Below, in pieces: positions 50,944-61,820 of a stretch of 64,000 nt of DNA. The notes beneath the pieces are model-generated. The model saw nothing but the letters and a program-made list of their open reading frames with translations. It had not been told where the DNA came from and made no database searches. Positions within the stretch are counted from its first letter, which is position 1. Every line of letters starts with the position of its first letter. Source of the DNA: Armatimonadota bacterium (GTDB lineage: Bacteria; Armatimonadota; HRBIN16); NCBI GenBank assembly GCA_963677485.1, contig OY781964.1, positions 96,001-160,000 on the forward strand, given 5' to 3'. Position numbers and translations under genes: made by a program.

Positions 50944-53307
50944 TTGCATTTCGGAGACACGCTGACCGAATTGGTGGCCATCCTGGCCATTGCCACAGTC
51001 ATGGGCATAATCGCAGCGAGGTTAAAACAACCGATCATCATCGGCCTGATTGCCACGGGTATGCTGGTGGGTCCCTCCGGCCTGCACTGGATGCGTTCTG
51101 CCGAACAGGTCCATCTTCTTGCCGAAATCGGCCTCACCATCCTCTTATTCGTCGTCGGTTTACGTCTTGATGTGGGCATGCTGCGCAGTATGGGTAAAAC
51201 CGCACTGCTGGTAGGCGGCGGGCAGGTGTTGTTCACCACTCTAGGCGGATTCCTGCTCAGCCTGGCCCTGGGGCTACCGATGCTCACATCAGCATATGTG
51301 GCCGTCTGCCTCACATTTTCCAGCACCATCATCATCGTCAAGCTGCTCTCGGATAAGGGCGACACCGATTCCCTCTACGGGCGTATCACCCTTGGCGTAC
51401 TGATTGTCCAGGACCTTGTCGTGGTGCTGTTGATGATCTTTTTGAGTGCTTTCAGCGGTAAGAGCACTGATAGTCTAGGTGTGACCTTCGCGCTGATCGT
51501 GGTCAAGGGCGCCCTGATGTTAGCGGTCGTGGTCTTCCTGACCTCCAAGGTACTACCCAGAGCCCTGCAGCGCATGGCGAAAGACGCAGAGCTTCTGACG
51601 GTATTCGCCGTCACGTGGGCTTTGGCACTGGCCACCATATCCAATTCGCTGGGTTTCAGCAAAGAGGTGGGGGCCTTCCTGGCCGGCATTTCGCTGGCAT
51701 CCACCCCCTACCGCGGTATGCTGGGAGCACGTCTGGCCAGCCTTCGCGATTTCTTGATCCTCTTTTTCTTTCTTAACCTGGGATTACAGCTTGATGTCAG
51801 CAGCTTGAGCGGCCAGCTGTTACGTGCGATCCCCCTGACCCTCTTCGTGCTGCTTGGTAAGCCACTCATCATGATGTTCTTGATGGGCCGGGTGGGTTAC
51901 AAGAAGCGGGTCGGCTTCATGGCCAGCACCTCTCTCGCACAGATCAGCGAATTTTCACTTATACTGATGGCACTTGGTGTTTCACTAAAACATATTGATG
52001 CGAGTATAGGCGGTATGGTGACTCTGGTTGCATTGATCAGCATTACGGCCTCCAGCTATTCGATCATGCGGACACGCAGCCTGTACCAGCGTTTTGCACC
52101 ACTCCTAAAGGTGTTTGAGCCCAAGGGTAAAGTGATGGAGGACGCCCAGGAACTACATGGGGATTTCGGGCCTGCGGACATCATCGTGCTGGGTCTGGGC
52201 AGATATGGGGCCATCGTATGCCGCAGGATGCGTCAGATGAACCGTGACGTGCTGGGGGTTGACTACAATCCTGACACGGTGAAGATATGGCACCGCAAAG
52301 GCCGTCGGGCCATCTACGGCGACGCAGGCGACCCTGAGTTTCTGAGTTCGCTGCCGCTGACAACAGCAACGTGGGTGGTCTGTGCCGTTCATGATGCTGA
52401 CACGAATACGAATCTGCTGCAGGGTCTTAGAGATATGGATTACCATGGTATCATTGCCTGCACCGCCGATAACACCCGTCAAGCCAGAGAGTTTCATAAA
52501 TTGGGAGCCGATTTGGTATTCCGACCGTTTCAAGATGCTGCCGAACAAGCGGTTGACATCATGATGATCAAAGAAGAAGAGATAGCGAGGCAGATCATGG
52601 ACAGCCAGATTCTCGGTCTTAATGACCACTACATCATATGCGGTTTTGGACGCATGGGACAGCAGATCGCCAAGGACCTGAAGCATTCCGGTGTGCCCTT
52701 CGTGGTCGTGGAAAACAACCAGGAGCAACTACCTCGTCTCAAGGAGCTGGGACTGCTGCATGTGGTCGGCAAAGCGAGTGAAGATGAAGCGCTGGTGAAA
52801 GCGGGAATCACCAAGGCTAAGGGGTTGGTAAGCGTCATGCCTACCGACGAGGACAATGTTTTTGTGGTGTTGACCGCCAGAGTGCTTAACCCGAAGCTGA
52901 CGATCGTCGCGCGGTCGATTCTGGAGGAGAACGAGGACAAACTCAAACGGGCAGGCGCAGACCGCGTGATCTCACCCTACATTCTGGGCGGACGCCGTAT
53001 GGCCGCGCTGATCACAAAACCTCAAGTCACGGACTTTCTAGACATGGTTCTTCACAATGACCAGTTCGATATGAACATCGGGCATGTTGTCGTAGCACCA
53101 GATAGCCCCGCTGTCAACAAAGCGATTCAAGAACTGGATCTACGTGGTGAGTGCGGAGTCACAGTGCTGGCGATTCGCGATAGCGATGGGGTGCATGTGG
53201 ATACAACGCACAGTACCGTGCTCCATGCAGGAGATGACATGATCCTGCTTGGATCACTAAAGCAGCTCCAGAAAGCATCGGAGTTCCTCGGATCACCCCT
53301 GGCCTGA
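50944..53307 (+). CDS. CPA2 cation:proton antiporter with two RCK-N domains and an RCK-C domain
   Basis: Multi-TM CPA2 (LFVVGL, SSTII, QD, GAFLAG, SEF); GLGRYG and GFGRMG Rossmann motifs; C-terminal TrkA-C. Confidence 0.88.
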   Translation: MHFGDTLTELVAILAIATVMGIIAARLKQPIIIGLIATGMLVGPSGLHWMRSAEQVHLLAEIGLTILLFVVGLRLDVGMLRSMGKTALLVGGGQVLFTTLGGFLLSLALGLPMLTSAYVAVCLTFSSTIIIVKLLSDKGDTDSLYGRITLGVLIVQDLVVVLLMIFLSAFSGKSTDSLGVTFALIVVKGALMLAVVVFLTSKVLPRALQRMAKDAELLTVFAVTWALALATISNSLGFSKEVGAFLAGISLASTPYRGMLGARLASLRDFLILFFFLNLGLQLDVSSLSGQLLRAIPLTLFVLLGKPLIMMFLMGRVGYKKRVGFMASTSLAQISEFSLILMALGVSLKHIDASIGGMVTLVALISITASSYSIMRTRSLYQRFAPLLKVFEPKGKVMEDAQELHGDFGPADIIVLGLGRYGAIVCRRMRQMNRDVLGVDYNPDTVKIWHRKGRRAIYGDAGDPEFLSSLPLTTATWVVCAVHDADTNTNLLQGLRDMDYHGIIACTADNTRQAREFHKLGADLVFRPFQDAAEQAVDIMMIKEEEIARQIMDSQILGLNDHYIICGFGRMGQQIAKDLKHSGVPFVVVENNQEQLPRLKELGLLHVVGKASEDEALVKAGITKAKGLVSVMPTDEDNVFVVLTARVLNPKLTIVARSILEENEDKLKRAGADRVISPYILGGRRMAALITKPQVTDFLDMVLHNDQFDMNIGHVVVAPDSPAVNKAIQELDLRGECGVTVLAIRDSDGVHVDTTHSTVLHAGDDMILLGSLKQLQKASEFLGSPLA

Positions 53308-53537
53308 CAGCTAGACGGATGACCGCTGCCCTGCATCTGTGGCAAGCAGGGCAGCACAAACAGTCAATTCCCTTCGAATAGCACGTTATTTGCACATAAA
53401 ATCAGGTAACATCTTGATAAGTTGCGGGCCACTGTGACCTATCGGAAGTAAGCCGCAGCCAAAATCACAAACCAAACAAACTCACAGCCGTCCATAAACC
53501 GGGTAAGATGCCCCCTACTCACTCTCTGGAGGTCGTT

Positions 53538-55865
53538 ATGGCTACGAATAGTCCACGGCGGACTATGGATATATCAGCTCGCTGGCTGCAAGTCGCAATT
53601 CTGACGTTTATATTTGGGTTTGGTGTACTTGGGCTCCTTGCTCGCTTGATTTATAGCGAACACCCGCCTATCCCAAACAAGGTAGTAAGTGAAAATGGAA
53701 CAGTGCTGTTCACCGGACAGGATGTGATGGAGGGTCAGCAGCTATTTCAGAGATATGGGCTCATGGAGTTTGGATCGATCTTTGGGCATGGAGCCTATCT
53801 AGGGCCGGATTTCACGGCACAGTATATGCACCAATCTGCCCTTGCGGCCACGCAGTATTACGGACGAGAAGGGATGACAGCCGCAGATATCCAGGCCCGA
53901 GTAAAGAATGAGTTCAAGCAAAACAGATATGATTCCCGCACAGAGACGCTGGTCTACCCTCCAGGACAGGCCTATGGTTTCAACCAGCTCGAAGAGTATT
54001 ACCGAGGATGGTTTGGCCCAACCTCAACGCAGAAGGGCCTCCAAAGGCCCTGTATATCCGACCCCAAAGATATCCACCGGCTAAGCTCTTACTTTGCCTG
54101 GGCAGCCTGGACATCCGCTGTGACCCGTCCTGGCACCAACTATTCCTACACCAATAACTGGCCGTACGAGCCATTAGCCGGTAATAACCCTACCGCCCAA
54201 GCTTTCGTATGGAGCGCGCTCAGCCTGATATCACTGCTGGGTGGAATTGGATTAATGCTCTTCATATTCGGCCGATATAACACGCTGGGCTGGCATCACT
54301 CAGATGACGATCCTGCGGAGCCGAAGTTGCGCTTAAGGACCCCTGAGAAAGTAAGGCTATCGCCATCGCAGCGCACCACGGCTTGGTATTTCCTATTGGT
54401 GGCAGGGCTTTTCCTGGTGCAGGGACTTCTTGGGGGAGTCAACGCCCATTACCACGCCGAACCAGGAGCATTCTACGGCATCAATGTGGCTCAGTGGCTG
54501 CCATACAACCTGAGCCGGATGTGGCATGTGCAATTGGCCATATTCTTTGTCTCTGTGAGCTTCCTGGCGATAGGCATTTTTATAGCACCTATGATTGCCC
54601 GACGTGAGCCGAAACATCAGGACAAGTTATCGATGCTGCTCTTCGTCGCGGTCGTAGTTGTCGCGGTTGGGAGCCTGCTCGGAGAGGCAGCCAGCCTGAA
54701 GGATTACATCAAAACCAGCGGACCATGGTTCTGGATTGGATCACAAGGCTGGGAATACCTTGACCTGGGGCGGCTGTGGCAGGTAATTCTCACAGTCGGA
54801 ATGATCATATGGGTTGTGATTCTGGTAAGGGGCTTGAGAAGTCGTCTCGCAGGTGAGCATCCCGGCAACCTGCCATATCTGTTGCTCTACAGCGCCATAT
54901 CTATCCCCGCATTTTATGCTGTTGGCATGATCTTCGGTAAGGTCACCAACTTTGCAGTGATGGACTTCTGGCGGTTCTGGGTAGTTCACCTTTGGGTAGA
55001 AGAGTTTTTAGAGCTGTTCACGACCATCGTGGTTGCTTATATTTTCGTGCTGATGGGGGTAGTCACACAGAAAACCGCGACCCGTGTGGTCTACCTCGAC
55101 ATCATCATCTACTCGATTGGTGGTGTCATCGGAACGATGCATCACCTATACTTCAGTGGCGCTCCAGCGGTGCATATGGCCTTGGGAGCATTCTTCTCAG
55201 CGATGGAAGTTATCCCGCTCATGCTACTCACAATCGAAGCATGGCGGTTTATCCAACTCGGCCGCAAGCGATCTGAAGGGAATTCCGATAATGCGTCAAG
55301 CAGGGACTTCCCACACAAGTGGGCGGTGATGTTCCTGATAGCAGTGGGATTCTGGAACTTCCTTGGCGCGGGCGTATTCGGTTTCCTTATTAACCTGCCA
55401 ATTGTGAGTTATTACGAGATAGGCACGCAGTTTACGGCCAATCACGCTCACGGCGCCATGATGGGGGTTTACGGAATGCTCGCCATCGGGTTCCTGATGT
55501 TCGCAGCCAGGTATTTCATAACTCCCGACCGGAAGAGTGAGATGGCTATGAAGCTTTCATTCTGGAGCCTCAACATTGGGCTGATATGGATGACGCTGGC
55601 GAACCTCGTGCCTATTGGCATCATCCAGCTCTTCGACAGTTTCCAGTACGGTTACTGGCACGCGAGAGGGCCTCAGTTCTTCTCCCAGAGGATCGTTCAG
55701 GCTTTCGAGTGGCTCAGGCTTCCCGGTGATATGCTCTTCATTGTCGGCGGCATCCTGCCCGTCGTCTACATCGCCTGGAGAATGTTCCTCGGACGAAAGC
55801 GCCATGCTCAACAGTTTGAGGGTCCTGAGACGGAGGAACTGTCACAGGTATACGAAGAGAGTTAG
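53538..55865 (+). CDS. norB: Quinol-dependent nitric oxide reductase (qNor)
   Basis: GSIFGHGAYLGPD, YTNNWP, QGWEYLDLG, VHLWVE, GTMHHLY, EVIPL, HAHGAMMGVYG, RLPGD. Confidence 0.93.
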   Translation: MATNSPRRTMDISARWLQVAILTFIFGFGVLGLLARLIYSEHPPIPNKVVSENGTVLFTGQDVMEGQQLFQRYGLMEFGSIFGHGAYLGPDFTAQYMHQSALAATQYYGREGMTAADIQARVKNEFKQNRYDSRTETLVYPPGQAYGFNQLEEYYRGWFGPTSTQKGLQRPCISDPKDIHRLSSYFAWAAWTSAVTRPGTNYSYTNNWPYEPLAGNNPTAQAFVWSALSLISLLGGIGLMLFIFGRYNTLGWHHSDDDPAEPKLRLRTPEKVRLSPSQRTTAWYFLLVAGLFLVQGLLGGVNAHYHAEPGAFYGINVAQWLPYNLSRMWHVQLAIFFVSVSFLAIGIFIAPMIARREPKHQDKLSMLLFVAVVVVAVGSLLGEAASLKDYIKTSGPWFWIGSQGWEYLDLGRLWQVILTVGMIIWVVILVRGLRSRLAGEHPGNLPYLLLYSAISIPAFYAVGMIFGKVTNFAVMDFWRFWVVHLWVEEFLELFTTIVVAYIFVLMGVVTQKTATRVVYLDIIIYSIGGVIGTMHHLYFSGAPAVHMALGAFFSAMEVIPLMLLTIEAWRFIQLGRKRSEGNSDNASSRDFPHKWAVMFLIAVGFWNFLGAGVFGFLINLPIVSYYEIGTQFTANHAHGAMMGVYGMLAIGFLMFAARYFITPDRKSEMAMKLSFWSLNIGLIWMTLANLVPIGIIQLFDSFQYGYWHARGPQFFSQRIVQAFEWLRLPGDMLFIVGGILPVVYIAWRMFLGRKRHAQQFEGPETEELSQVYEES

Positions 55866-55950
55866 AATTGCATACTGCCCATCACACAGGCGGAAATACC
55901 TGGTTTTGGGCAGTCTCACATGCGACACGAACCGATAGATGAATGCATAC

Positions 55951-55981
55951 AACACCTCAATGCGTCACGCATTGAGGTGTT
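55951..55981. terminator. Hairpin/terminator after qNor
   Basis: AACACCTCAATGCG-TCA-CGCATTGAGGTGTT. Confidence 0.65.
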
Positions 55982-56303
55982 CGCCTATGTGCGGATAGAG
56001 CTGATACGGTCCCCACCCTAAAGCAACCGATCATCGGCGCACTCAATATGCCCACCGGTTGCTCATATTTTAAACGGCGATTCGGAGACTGCGCATATCG
56101 ATTTCCGCCTCATCGAGATGAAATAGTTCTGAACGAAGCCAAATATGACGGAGCGGCATCGTGGGCCAGTGACGAGGTATGACCGGCTTCACATAATCGA
56201 AATGATAGCCGAAAATCACAAATCCTGTCTAAACATATGCCATCCGGTGGCTCCAATATGCCATACTCATATTAGAACCATACACAATATTGAGGTATTT
56301 CAC

Positions 56304-56741
56304 ATGCCAGATGTAACTTTTTCCGTTGATGGTGTTTCGGTAAACACCACAGAGACCAGAGTGACAACACGAAACTTTTCGTTCACTGTCGACGAACCAC
56401 CGAGCCTTGGTGGACAAGATGCAGGACCTAATCCCGTGGAATACCTCCTTGGAGCTTTAAGTGGCTGCCTTAATGTAGTCGCTCGGATGATAGCCAAGGA
56501 GCTGGGTTTTACCATTGAAACACTCAACATCCATATCGAAGGGATTTTGGACCCTAGCGGTTTCTTAGGTATGAATCCAAATGTACGAGCCGGTTTTAAA
56601 AGCATTAAAGCTGTGCTCAACGTAAAATCTAACGCCACTGACAAGCAGCTCGATGAGTGGCTCACCATGATCGAAAGCCGTTGTCCAGTGAGTGATAACA
56701 TCGGAGCGAAAACACCGCTGAACGTCACCTGGGAAACCTAG
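56304..56741 (+). CDS. OsmC-like protein
   Basis: GAGG RBS before MPDV; DEPPSLGGQDAGPNPVEYLLGALSGC, RCPVSD. Confidence 0.9.
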   Translation: MPDVTFSVDGVSVNTTETRVTTRNFSFTVDEPPSLGGQDAGPNPVEYLLGALSGCLNVVARMIAKELGFTIETLNIHIEGILDPSGFLGMNPNVRAGFKSIKAVLNVKSNATDKQLDEWLTMIESRCPVSDNIGAKTPLNVTWET

Positions 56742-56762
56742 TCTTTCCGGTTTGTCCCCATG

Positions 56763-56800
56763 CATCAGAGCCGCACCAAATAGATGGTGCGGCTCTGATG
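56763..56800. terminator. Bidirectional terminator
   Basis: CATCAGAGCCGCACCA...TGGTGCGGCTCTGATG between convergent genes. Confidence 0.7.
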
Positions 56801-56836
56801 TTTTGAGTCTGCTGATAGCTCTTGGTGGTAAGAACC

Positions 56837-57790
56837 CTACCCCATGAACCGAGCCATCTTAGCCAGTCGTTCGTGGCGCATCCGAAGCAGGTCCGGCACG
56901 GGCAACTGTCGTAGTGATTCCAGCTCTTCCCACAGCAGCTCCCCGGCTTTGTCCGCAGCGGCTGCTGGAGCTCTGTGCGCTCCGCCCAGCGGCTCTGGCA
57001 CAATGCTGTCTGCAACACCCAGTTCCACTGCGTCATTGGCGGTCACACGCAGCGCAGTCGCTGCCTGCGCGGCTTTAGTGGGGTCACGCCAAAGGATGGC
57101 GGCACATCCCTCCGGTGGGATCACCGAATAGACTGCATATTGAAGCATCAGCAGATAGTCACCTACTCCAATGCCAAGTGCCCCTCCGCTTCCGCCTTCA
57201 CCGATCACCAAAGAGATCACGGGCACCTTAAGCAGCGACATCTCCATCAGGTTACTGGCAATCGCCTCACCAATCCCCCTCGATTCGCTTTCGGGCCCAG
57301 GGTCCGCTGCCGGCGTGTCTATGATGGTGATGATGGGTATGTTCATCTTTTCAGCCAGCTTCATCACACGCATCGCTTTACGGTAGCCCTCTGGCCGAGC
57401 CATGGCGAAGTTACGGCGTTGGCGCTCTTTCAAATCAGAGCCCTTCTGCTGCCCCATCACGGCGACGTTCATGCCCTTGATCGTACCCAAACCGGCTATC
57501 ATCGCAGGGTCATCACCAAAAACGCGGTCACCATGCAGTTCAATGAAGTCATCGAACATCGCCTGGATATAATCCATCGTCTTCGGCCGCTCCGGATGGC
57601 GAGCCAGCAGCACATGATCCCATGTGGTCAAATTGGCATATATCTCAGTGAGCAACTCTTCACGCTGTGCTTCTAGCTGCGATATCGGCAGGCGGTTGTC
57701 TACCCCTTGTCGGGCCGATAAGTCCTTCAGCTTTTGGATATTGATATCCAAAGCTGTGATGGGCTTTTCAAAATCCAGCACTGTGGGCAT
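56837..57790 (-). CDS. accA: Acetyl-CoA carboxylase carboxyltransferase alpha
   Basis: LDFEKPI, ARHPERP, ELHGDR, PEGYRKA, GEGGSGGALG, YSVIPPEGCAAILW. Confidence 0.97.
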   Translation of the reverse strand: MPTVLDFEKPITALDINIQKLKDLSARQGVDNRLPISQLEAQREELLTEIYANLTTWDHVLLARHPERPKTMDYIQAMFDDFIELHGDRVFGDDPAMIAGLGTIKGMNVAVMGQQKGSDLKERQRRNFAMARPEGYRKAMRVMKLAEKMNIPIITIIDTPAADPGPESESRGIGEAIASNLMEMSLLKVPVISLVIGEGGSGGALGIGVGDYLLMLQYAVYSVIPPEGCAAILWRDPTKAAQAATALRVTANDAVELGVADSIVPEPLGGAHRAPAAAADKAGELLWEELESLRQLPVPDLLRMRHERLAKMARFMG

Positions 57791-57792
57791 CT

Positions 57793-58599
57793 CTACGACC
57801 TCCCTAATAAGTGCAATAGCCGAATGAGAGTCGTTCTCAGCTCTTTGCGGTCGACGATTATGTCAATCATGCCATTTTGCAGTTGGTATTCTGCTGTCTG
57901 GAAGTTGGCAGGTGTGCGAGATACCTGGGCCTGCGCAGCCACACGCTGTCCTGCGAACCCTACATGGGCTCGAGGCTCAGCGATGATGATATCAGCGACT
58001 GAGGCATAACTGGCGAGAACTCCGCCCGTTGTAGGGTCAGTGAGGATGCTGATGAACGGAATAGCCGCTTCAGCAAGTCGGCCAACCGCCTCGCATGTGC
58101 GTGCCATCTGCATCAAGGAAAGCAAACCTTCCTGCATACGGGCACCGCCCGAACTGGAGACGGTGATAAAGGGTTGATCCGCCTCAAGGCTCATGGCTGC
58201 GGCCCTCACGATTTTCTCGCCCACCACACTGCCCATACTTCCTCCCATAAAGCGGAAGTCAGCCACAGCTACGATGGAAGAGATATCGCCAATGGTACAA
58301 CGTCCTGTCACTATGGCGTCATTCATCTCGGTATTCGCCATACTTTTCGCACGTTTCTGGTCGTAGTCAGGGAAATCCAGCGGATTGAATGATGACAGCG
58401 CGGCATCAACTTCTTGAAATGAATTGACATCCGTAAGGAGTTCAATACGCTCCCAAGCCGTGAGTTTATGGTGATGCGAGCATCTTGGGCAGACCTTCGC
58501 ATTGCGGACAAAATCGCGGTTGAACAGGATATGTTTACACCCGTCGCACCGTATCCAGTCCGCAACTTGTGCCGATTGTGGCGGAGTGCTGTTTGTCAT
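57793..58599 (-). CDS. accD: Acetyl-CoA carboxylase carboxyltransferase beta
   Basis: WIRCDGC..VCPRC zinc ribbon, FMGGSMGSVVGEK, SGGARMQEG, PTTGGV, FQTAE. Confidence 0.97.
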   Translation of the reverse strand: MTNSTPPQSAQVADWIRCDGCKHILFNRDFVRNAKVCPRCSHHHKLTAWERIELLTDVNSFQEVDAALSSFNPLDFPDYDQKRAKSMANTEMNDAIVTGRCTIGDISSIVAVADFRFMGGSMGSVVGEKIVRAAAMSLEADQPFITVSSSGGARMQEGLLSLMQMARTCEAVGRLAEAAIPFISILTDPTTGGVLASYASVADIIIAEPRAHVGFAGQRVAAQAQVSRTPANFQTAEYQLQNGMIDIIVDRKELRTTLIRLLHLLGRS

Positions 58600-58720
58600 T
58601 TTTTGATTCCTATTATCGAATTGATGGCTTGTGCCTTTCCTCGTCGATGAATATTTATACAAAGTAATGATATCCTAAAGGGAATAGACTATAAAAGTCA
58701 CATCGGAGTAATCGCATATT

Positions 58721-59791
58721 ATGGACATCAAAAAATTTCGCAGCGACATCGATGAAATCGATAATGAGCTATTACGCCTCATCAACAAGCGTGCAGAACT
58801 GGCCTCGCAGATTGGCAAAGCCAAGCAGCAAAACGCTGCTGTTGTCTATGTTCCAGAACGCGAACAAGAGATTTTGCGACGTCTGAGCAGCTTGAACCAG
58901 GGGCCTCTGAGCAACGCACATGTCACCTCCATCTTCCGTCAGATCATTTCGGCTGCCCGCAACCTGGAGCAGCCCTTGCGAATCGCATTCTGGGGTCCGG
59001 CTGGTTCCTTCAGCCACATGGCGGCGACACACCAGTTTGGTGAGTTCTGCGAACCACACCCCGTGGGCAGTATTCGAGATGTATTTGACGAGGTTGAGCG
59101 TGAGCGCGCGGACTATGGCATCGTACCGGTCGAGAACTCGACCGCAGGGGCCATACCCGACACTCTTGATGAGATGGGCCGTTCCCGTTTGCTGGTCGTA
59201 GCCGAAAACTACGAGCAGATACATCACAATCTGCTTTACAACGGTGCAGTTGATGAGATACGAACCCTCTACACCGGAGTTCAACCACGACACCAATGCC
59301 AGGACTGGCTACGCGAAAATCTGCCTCATGTCGCCATCGTGGAGGTGACAACCACCAGCAAGGCAGCCGAGTTGGCAAGCCAGGAGGCCTATGCCGCGGC
59401 CATCGGTAATCCGCTGGCATCAACCATATACAACCTGAATATCGCTGTGGCGAACATCGAGGATAATCCACGCAATTTTACTAGATTTTTGGTTGTGGGA
59501 CGAAATGAGCCCCGGCCAACGGGCAAAGACAAGACCAGTTTGCTTTTCAGTGTCGAGAACCGGCCAGGCCAATTGATACGTGCCATGAGTGTATTTCAGG
59601 CCCATAACATCAACATGTCAATGATAGAAAGTCGGCCTTCGAAAAAGCGCCCTGGTGAGTATCTTTTCTATGTGGATGTAGACGGTCACCGGCAGGATCC
59701 GAATATCGCACAAGCTCTGGTTGAGTTACAGCCATTGTGTTCTATTTTGTCGATAATCGGCTCATATGCGGCTTCAGAACAGGAATTTTGA
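58721..59791 (+). CDS. pheA: Chorismate mutase/prephenate dehydratase (P-protein)
   Basis: RSDIDEID CM domain; GPAGSFS, PVENS, NFTRF, IESRP ACT domain. Confidence 0.95.
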   Translation: MDIKKFRSDIDEIDNELLRLINKRAELASQIGKAKQQNAAVVYVPEREQEILRRLSSLNQGPLSNAHVTSIFRQIISAARNLEQPLRIAFWGPAGSFSHMAATHQFGEFCEPHPVGSIRDVFDEVERERADYGIVPVENSTAGAIPDTLDEMGRSRLLVVAENYEQIHHNLLYNGAVDEIRTLYTGVQPRHQCQDWLRENLPHVAIVEVTTTSKAAELASQEAYAAAIGNPLASTIYNLNIAVANIEDNPRNFTRFLVVGRNEPRPTGKDKTSLLFSVENRPGQLIRAMSVFQAHNINMSMIESRPSKKRPGEYLFYVDVDGHRQDPNIAQALVELQPLCSILSIIGSYAASEQEF

Positions 59792-59967
59792 GTTATTTTC
59801 TAAAAAAATGAGATAATTTAGCAAAATACTCTTGTATTTTCTGAAAGTTAGTGTAAAATCAATTCCATGTCATGTAGAATCTGGGACATTATTCCAGGCT
59901 TCACATATACTCATATTCACATGGCTGATGGGCAAATTTGCACCATGCAAGGAGGAAAGCACAGGTA

Positions 59968-60168
59968 ATGCAAAACGGTACCGTAAAATGGTTCAATGAT
60001 TCCAAGGGCTATGGATTCATTGAAACTGAAGAAGGCAAGGATGTCTTCGTACACTACTCTGCCATTATGATGAATGGCCACAAAACCCTCGCAGAGGGTC
60101 AGCGCGTACAATTCGAAGTCGTTGACGGTAACAAAGGCCCTCAAGCCTCCAACGTCAGCCCAGCTTAG
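59968..60168 (+). CDS. cspA: Cold-shock protein
   Basis: [29 protein letters not shown]; AGGAGG RBS. Confidence 0.93.
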   Translation: MQNGTVKWFNDSKGYGFIETEEGKDVFVHYSAIMMNGHKTLAEGQRVQFEVVDGNKGPQASNVSPA

Positions 60169-60212
60169 TTATAAGCTGTTCATTACTTCATACATAACGC
60201 AACTATCCTAAC

Positions 60213-60248
60213 GCCCTGGTTAATGAAGCCTTAACCAGGGCTTTTTTT
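60213..60248 (+). terminator. Intrinsic terminator
   Basis: GCCCTGGTTAA...TTAACCAGGGC + T7. Confidence 0.85.
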
Positions 60249-60376
60249 GACGATATCCAACTCTGTAAGGAACACACAGCCTGCACCAGAGCGTATAATG
60301 GATTGTGGGGTAAAACCCGGTATCTGAATAATCTAACGTGATTAAATTCTGCCATTCTGGAAGGAGCTAGCACACC

Positions 60377-61369
60377 ATGAATTCGACGAAAAGCACTCTG
60401 TGGCTTGTCGCCGGGGTATCGTTAACCGCCGCTTTGCTGGCCGGTTGCGGCTCGAAGAACGTAGGCACCATTAACGGGAACAAAATCAGCGTAGAAACCT
60501 ATCTTAAGCAACTGGATATGATGTCTGTGCCGATTGGCGTCAACCCCAACACCAACCAGCCCATCACAGCACCTGCCGGTTTCGTTGCAGTCAGTGCCTT
60601 AGTTGATAGACAAATCATCATGGATATGGCCAAAAAGGAAGGTGTCCTTCCCTCAAAAGATGATGTCAATAAAGAGTACAACCGCCAGTCGAAGAAGGCT
60701 ACATTCACCGACAATATGAAGAAGATGAACTTCACACCTGATGATGTCAAGGACTCTTTGACGTATGAGCTGGCCAAGTTCAACCTGCGGACTAAGGGTA
60801 TCAAGGTACCTGATGATGAAGTCAAACGAATTTATGAGCAAAACATACAGCAGCGGTTCACAGAACCAGAGCAGGTAAAGCTGTCTGTTATACAAACCAA
60901 AACCAAGGCGGATGCTGATAAAGCATACCAAACCATAAACAAAGGCGAATCTTTTGAAGCGGTCGCGATGAATGTCTCGACTAACGCATTCCGATCCCAA
61001 GGTGGACGCATACCCAACTGGGTGCCCATTCAAGGTATCGGACCTGAGGTTGAACCGCTGATTAAGAATAGCAAACTGAATGAAGCGCTCAAGCCTATCG
61101 CGTTGAAAAACGCCAGTGGAAACTCAGCATGGGTCATCATTAAAGTGACCGACCGTAAGCCACTTAGGGTCATCCCCTTTAGTGAAGTCAAGGATGATCT
61201 TACCACAGCCATCAAGCTAAGTAAGAGCACTCGTGACCTGAATAAGGAGATGAACACCCTTCGCGAAAAGGCCGTCGTGAAGCTGAACAACACCGCCATT
61301 GAAACACAATGGAAAGATAGTATCAAAGCTCTCACCGAGAACGCCAAGAACATGGCGAAGCCTAAATAG
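60377..61369 (+). CDS. PrsA/SurA-like lipoprotein foldase (parvulin PPIase)
   Basis: LLAGC lipobox; SurA-N-like region; PEQVKLSVI, GESFEAVA..VS, GG parvulin motifs. Confidence 0.85.
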   Translation: MNSTKSTLWLVAGVSLTAALLAGCGSKNVGTINGNKISVETYLKQLDMMSVPIGVNPNTNQPITAPAGFVAVSALVDRQIIMDMAKKEGVLPSKDDVNKEYNRQSKKATFTDNMKKMNFTPDDVKDSLTYELAKFNLRTKGIKVPDDEVKRIYEQNIQQRFTEPEQVKLSVIQTKTKADADKAYQTINKGESFEAVAMNVSTNAFRSQGGRIPNWVPIQGIGPEVEPLIKNSKLNEALKPIALKNASGNSAWVIIKVTDRKPLRVIPFSEVKDDLTTAIKLSKSTRDLNKEMNTLREKAVVKLNNTAIETQWKDSIKALTENAKNMAKPK

Positions 61370-61388
61370 GTTGCTTCCTCACCTGAGT

Positions 61389-61422
61389 AAACTCCCCCTT
61401 GGCCTATGCCGAGGGGGAGTTT
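61389..61422 (+). terminator. Intrinsic terminator
   Basis: AAACTCCCCCTTGGC-CTAT-GCCGAGGGGGAGTTT followed by T-rich run. Confidence 0.8.
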
Positions 61423-61572
61423 TGTTTGCGGGATGATATCGAGCGTTCAGGGAGTTTCGATATCTACAAACAAGCACCTGCCCGTGCAGGCACAGCAGCC
61501 TGTAACTCACGCGTTGTCCTGAGGCGGCATATAGATGCGCGATGTATCGTTCGCATCTAATTCAGCCAACCG

Positions 61573-61740
61573 TTGCCTAAGTCCGGGGCGGTCTGTAAGT
61601 AGGCTAGCGGATACAGAAGGCTCAAGACCGCGCCGGTCTGGCGGATAGCCATCAAAGATTGGTGTCGGGAAAAAGACCGGCGCGGTCTATAGACAGTGGC
61701 CTTCGCAGGCATACTGACAGACCGCACCGGACATAGGCAA
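61573..61740. repeat. ~170-bp nested inverted-repeat element
   Basis: Outer arms 61573-61604 / 61709-61740; inner arms AGACCGCGCCGGTCT / AGACCGGCGCGGTCT. Confidence 0.7.
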
Positions 61741-61820
61741 TCATGTTACCTACATGGAAACCACACGATATCCTGTTCAGTTTACGACCTGAGATACTTG
61801 AGATACTATCGTGGCACCTA

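Noticed and set aside
53538-55865. Possible NO dismutase (Nod)
   Set aside because: FeB/heme His ligands (HLWVE, GTMHH, HAH) and the conserved Glu residues are intact, as in ordinary qNor
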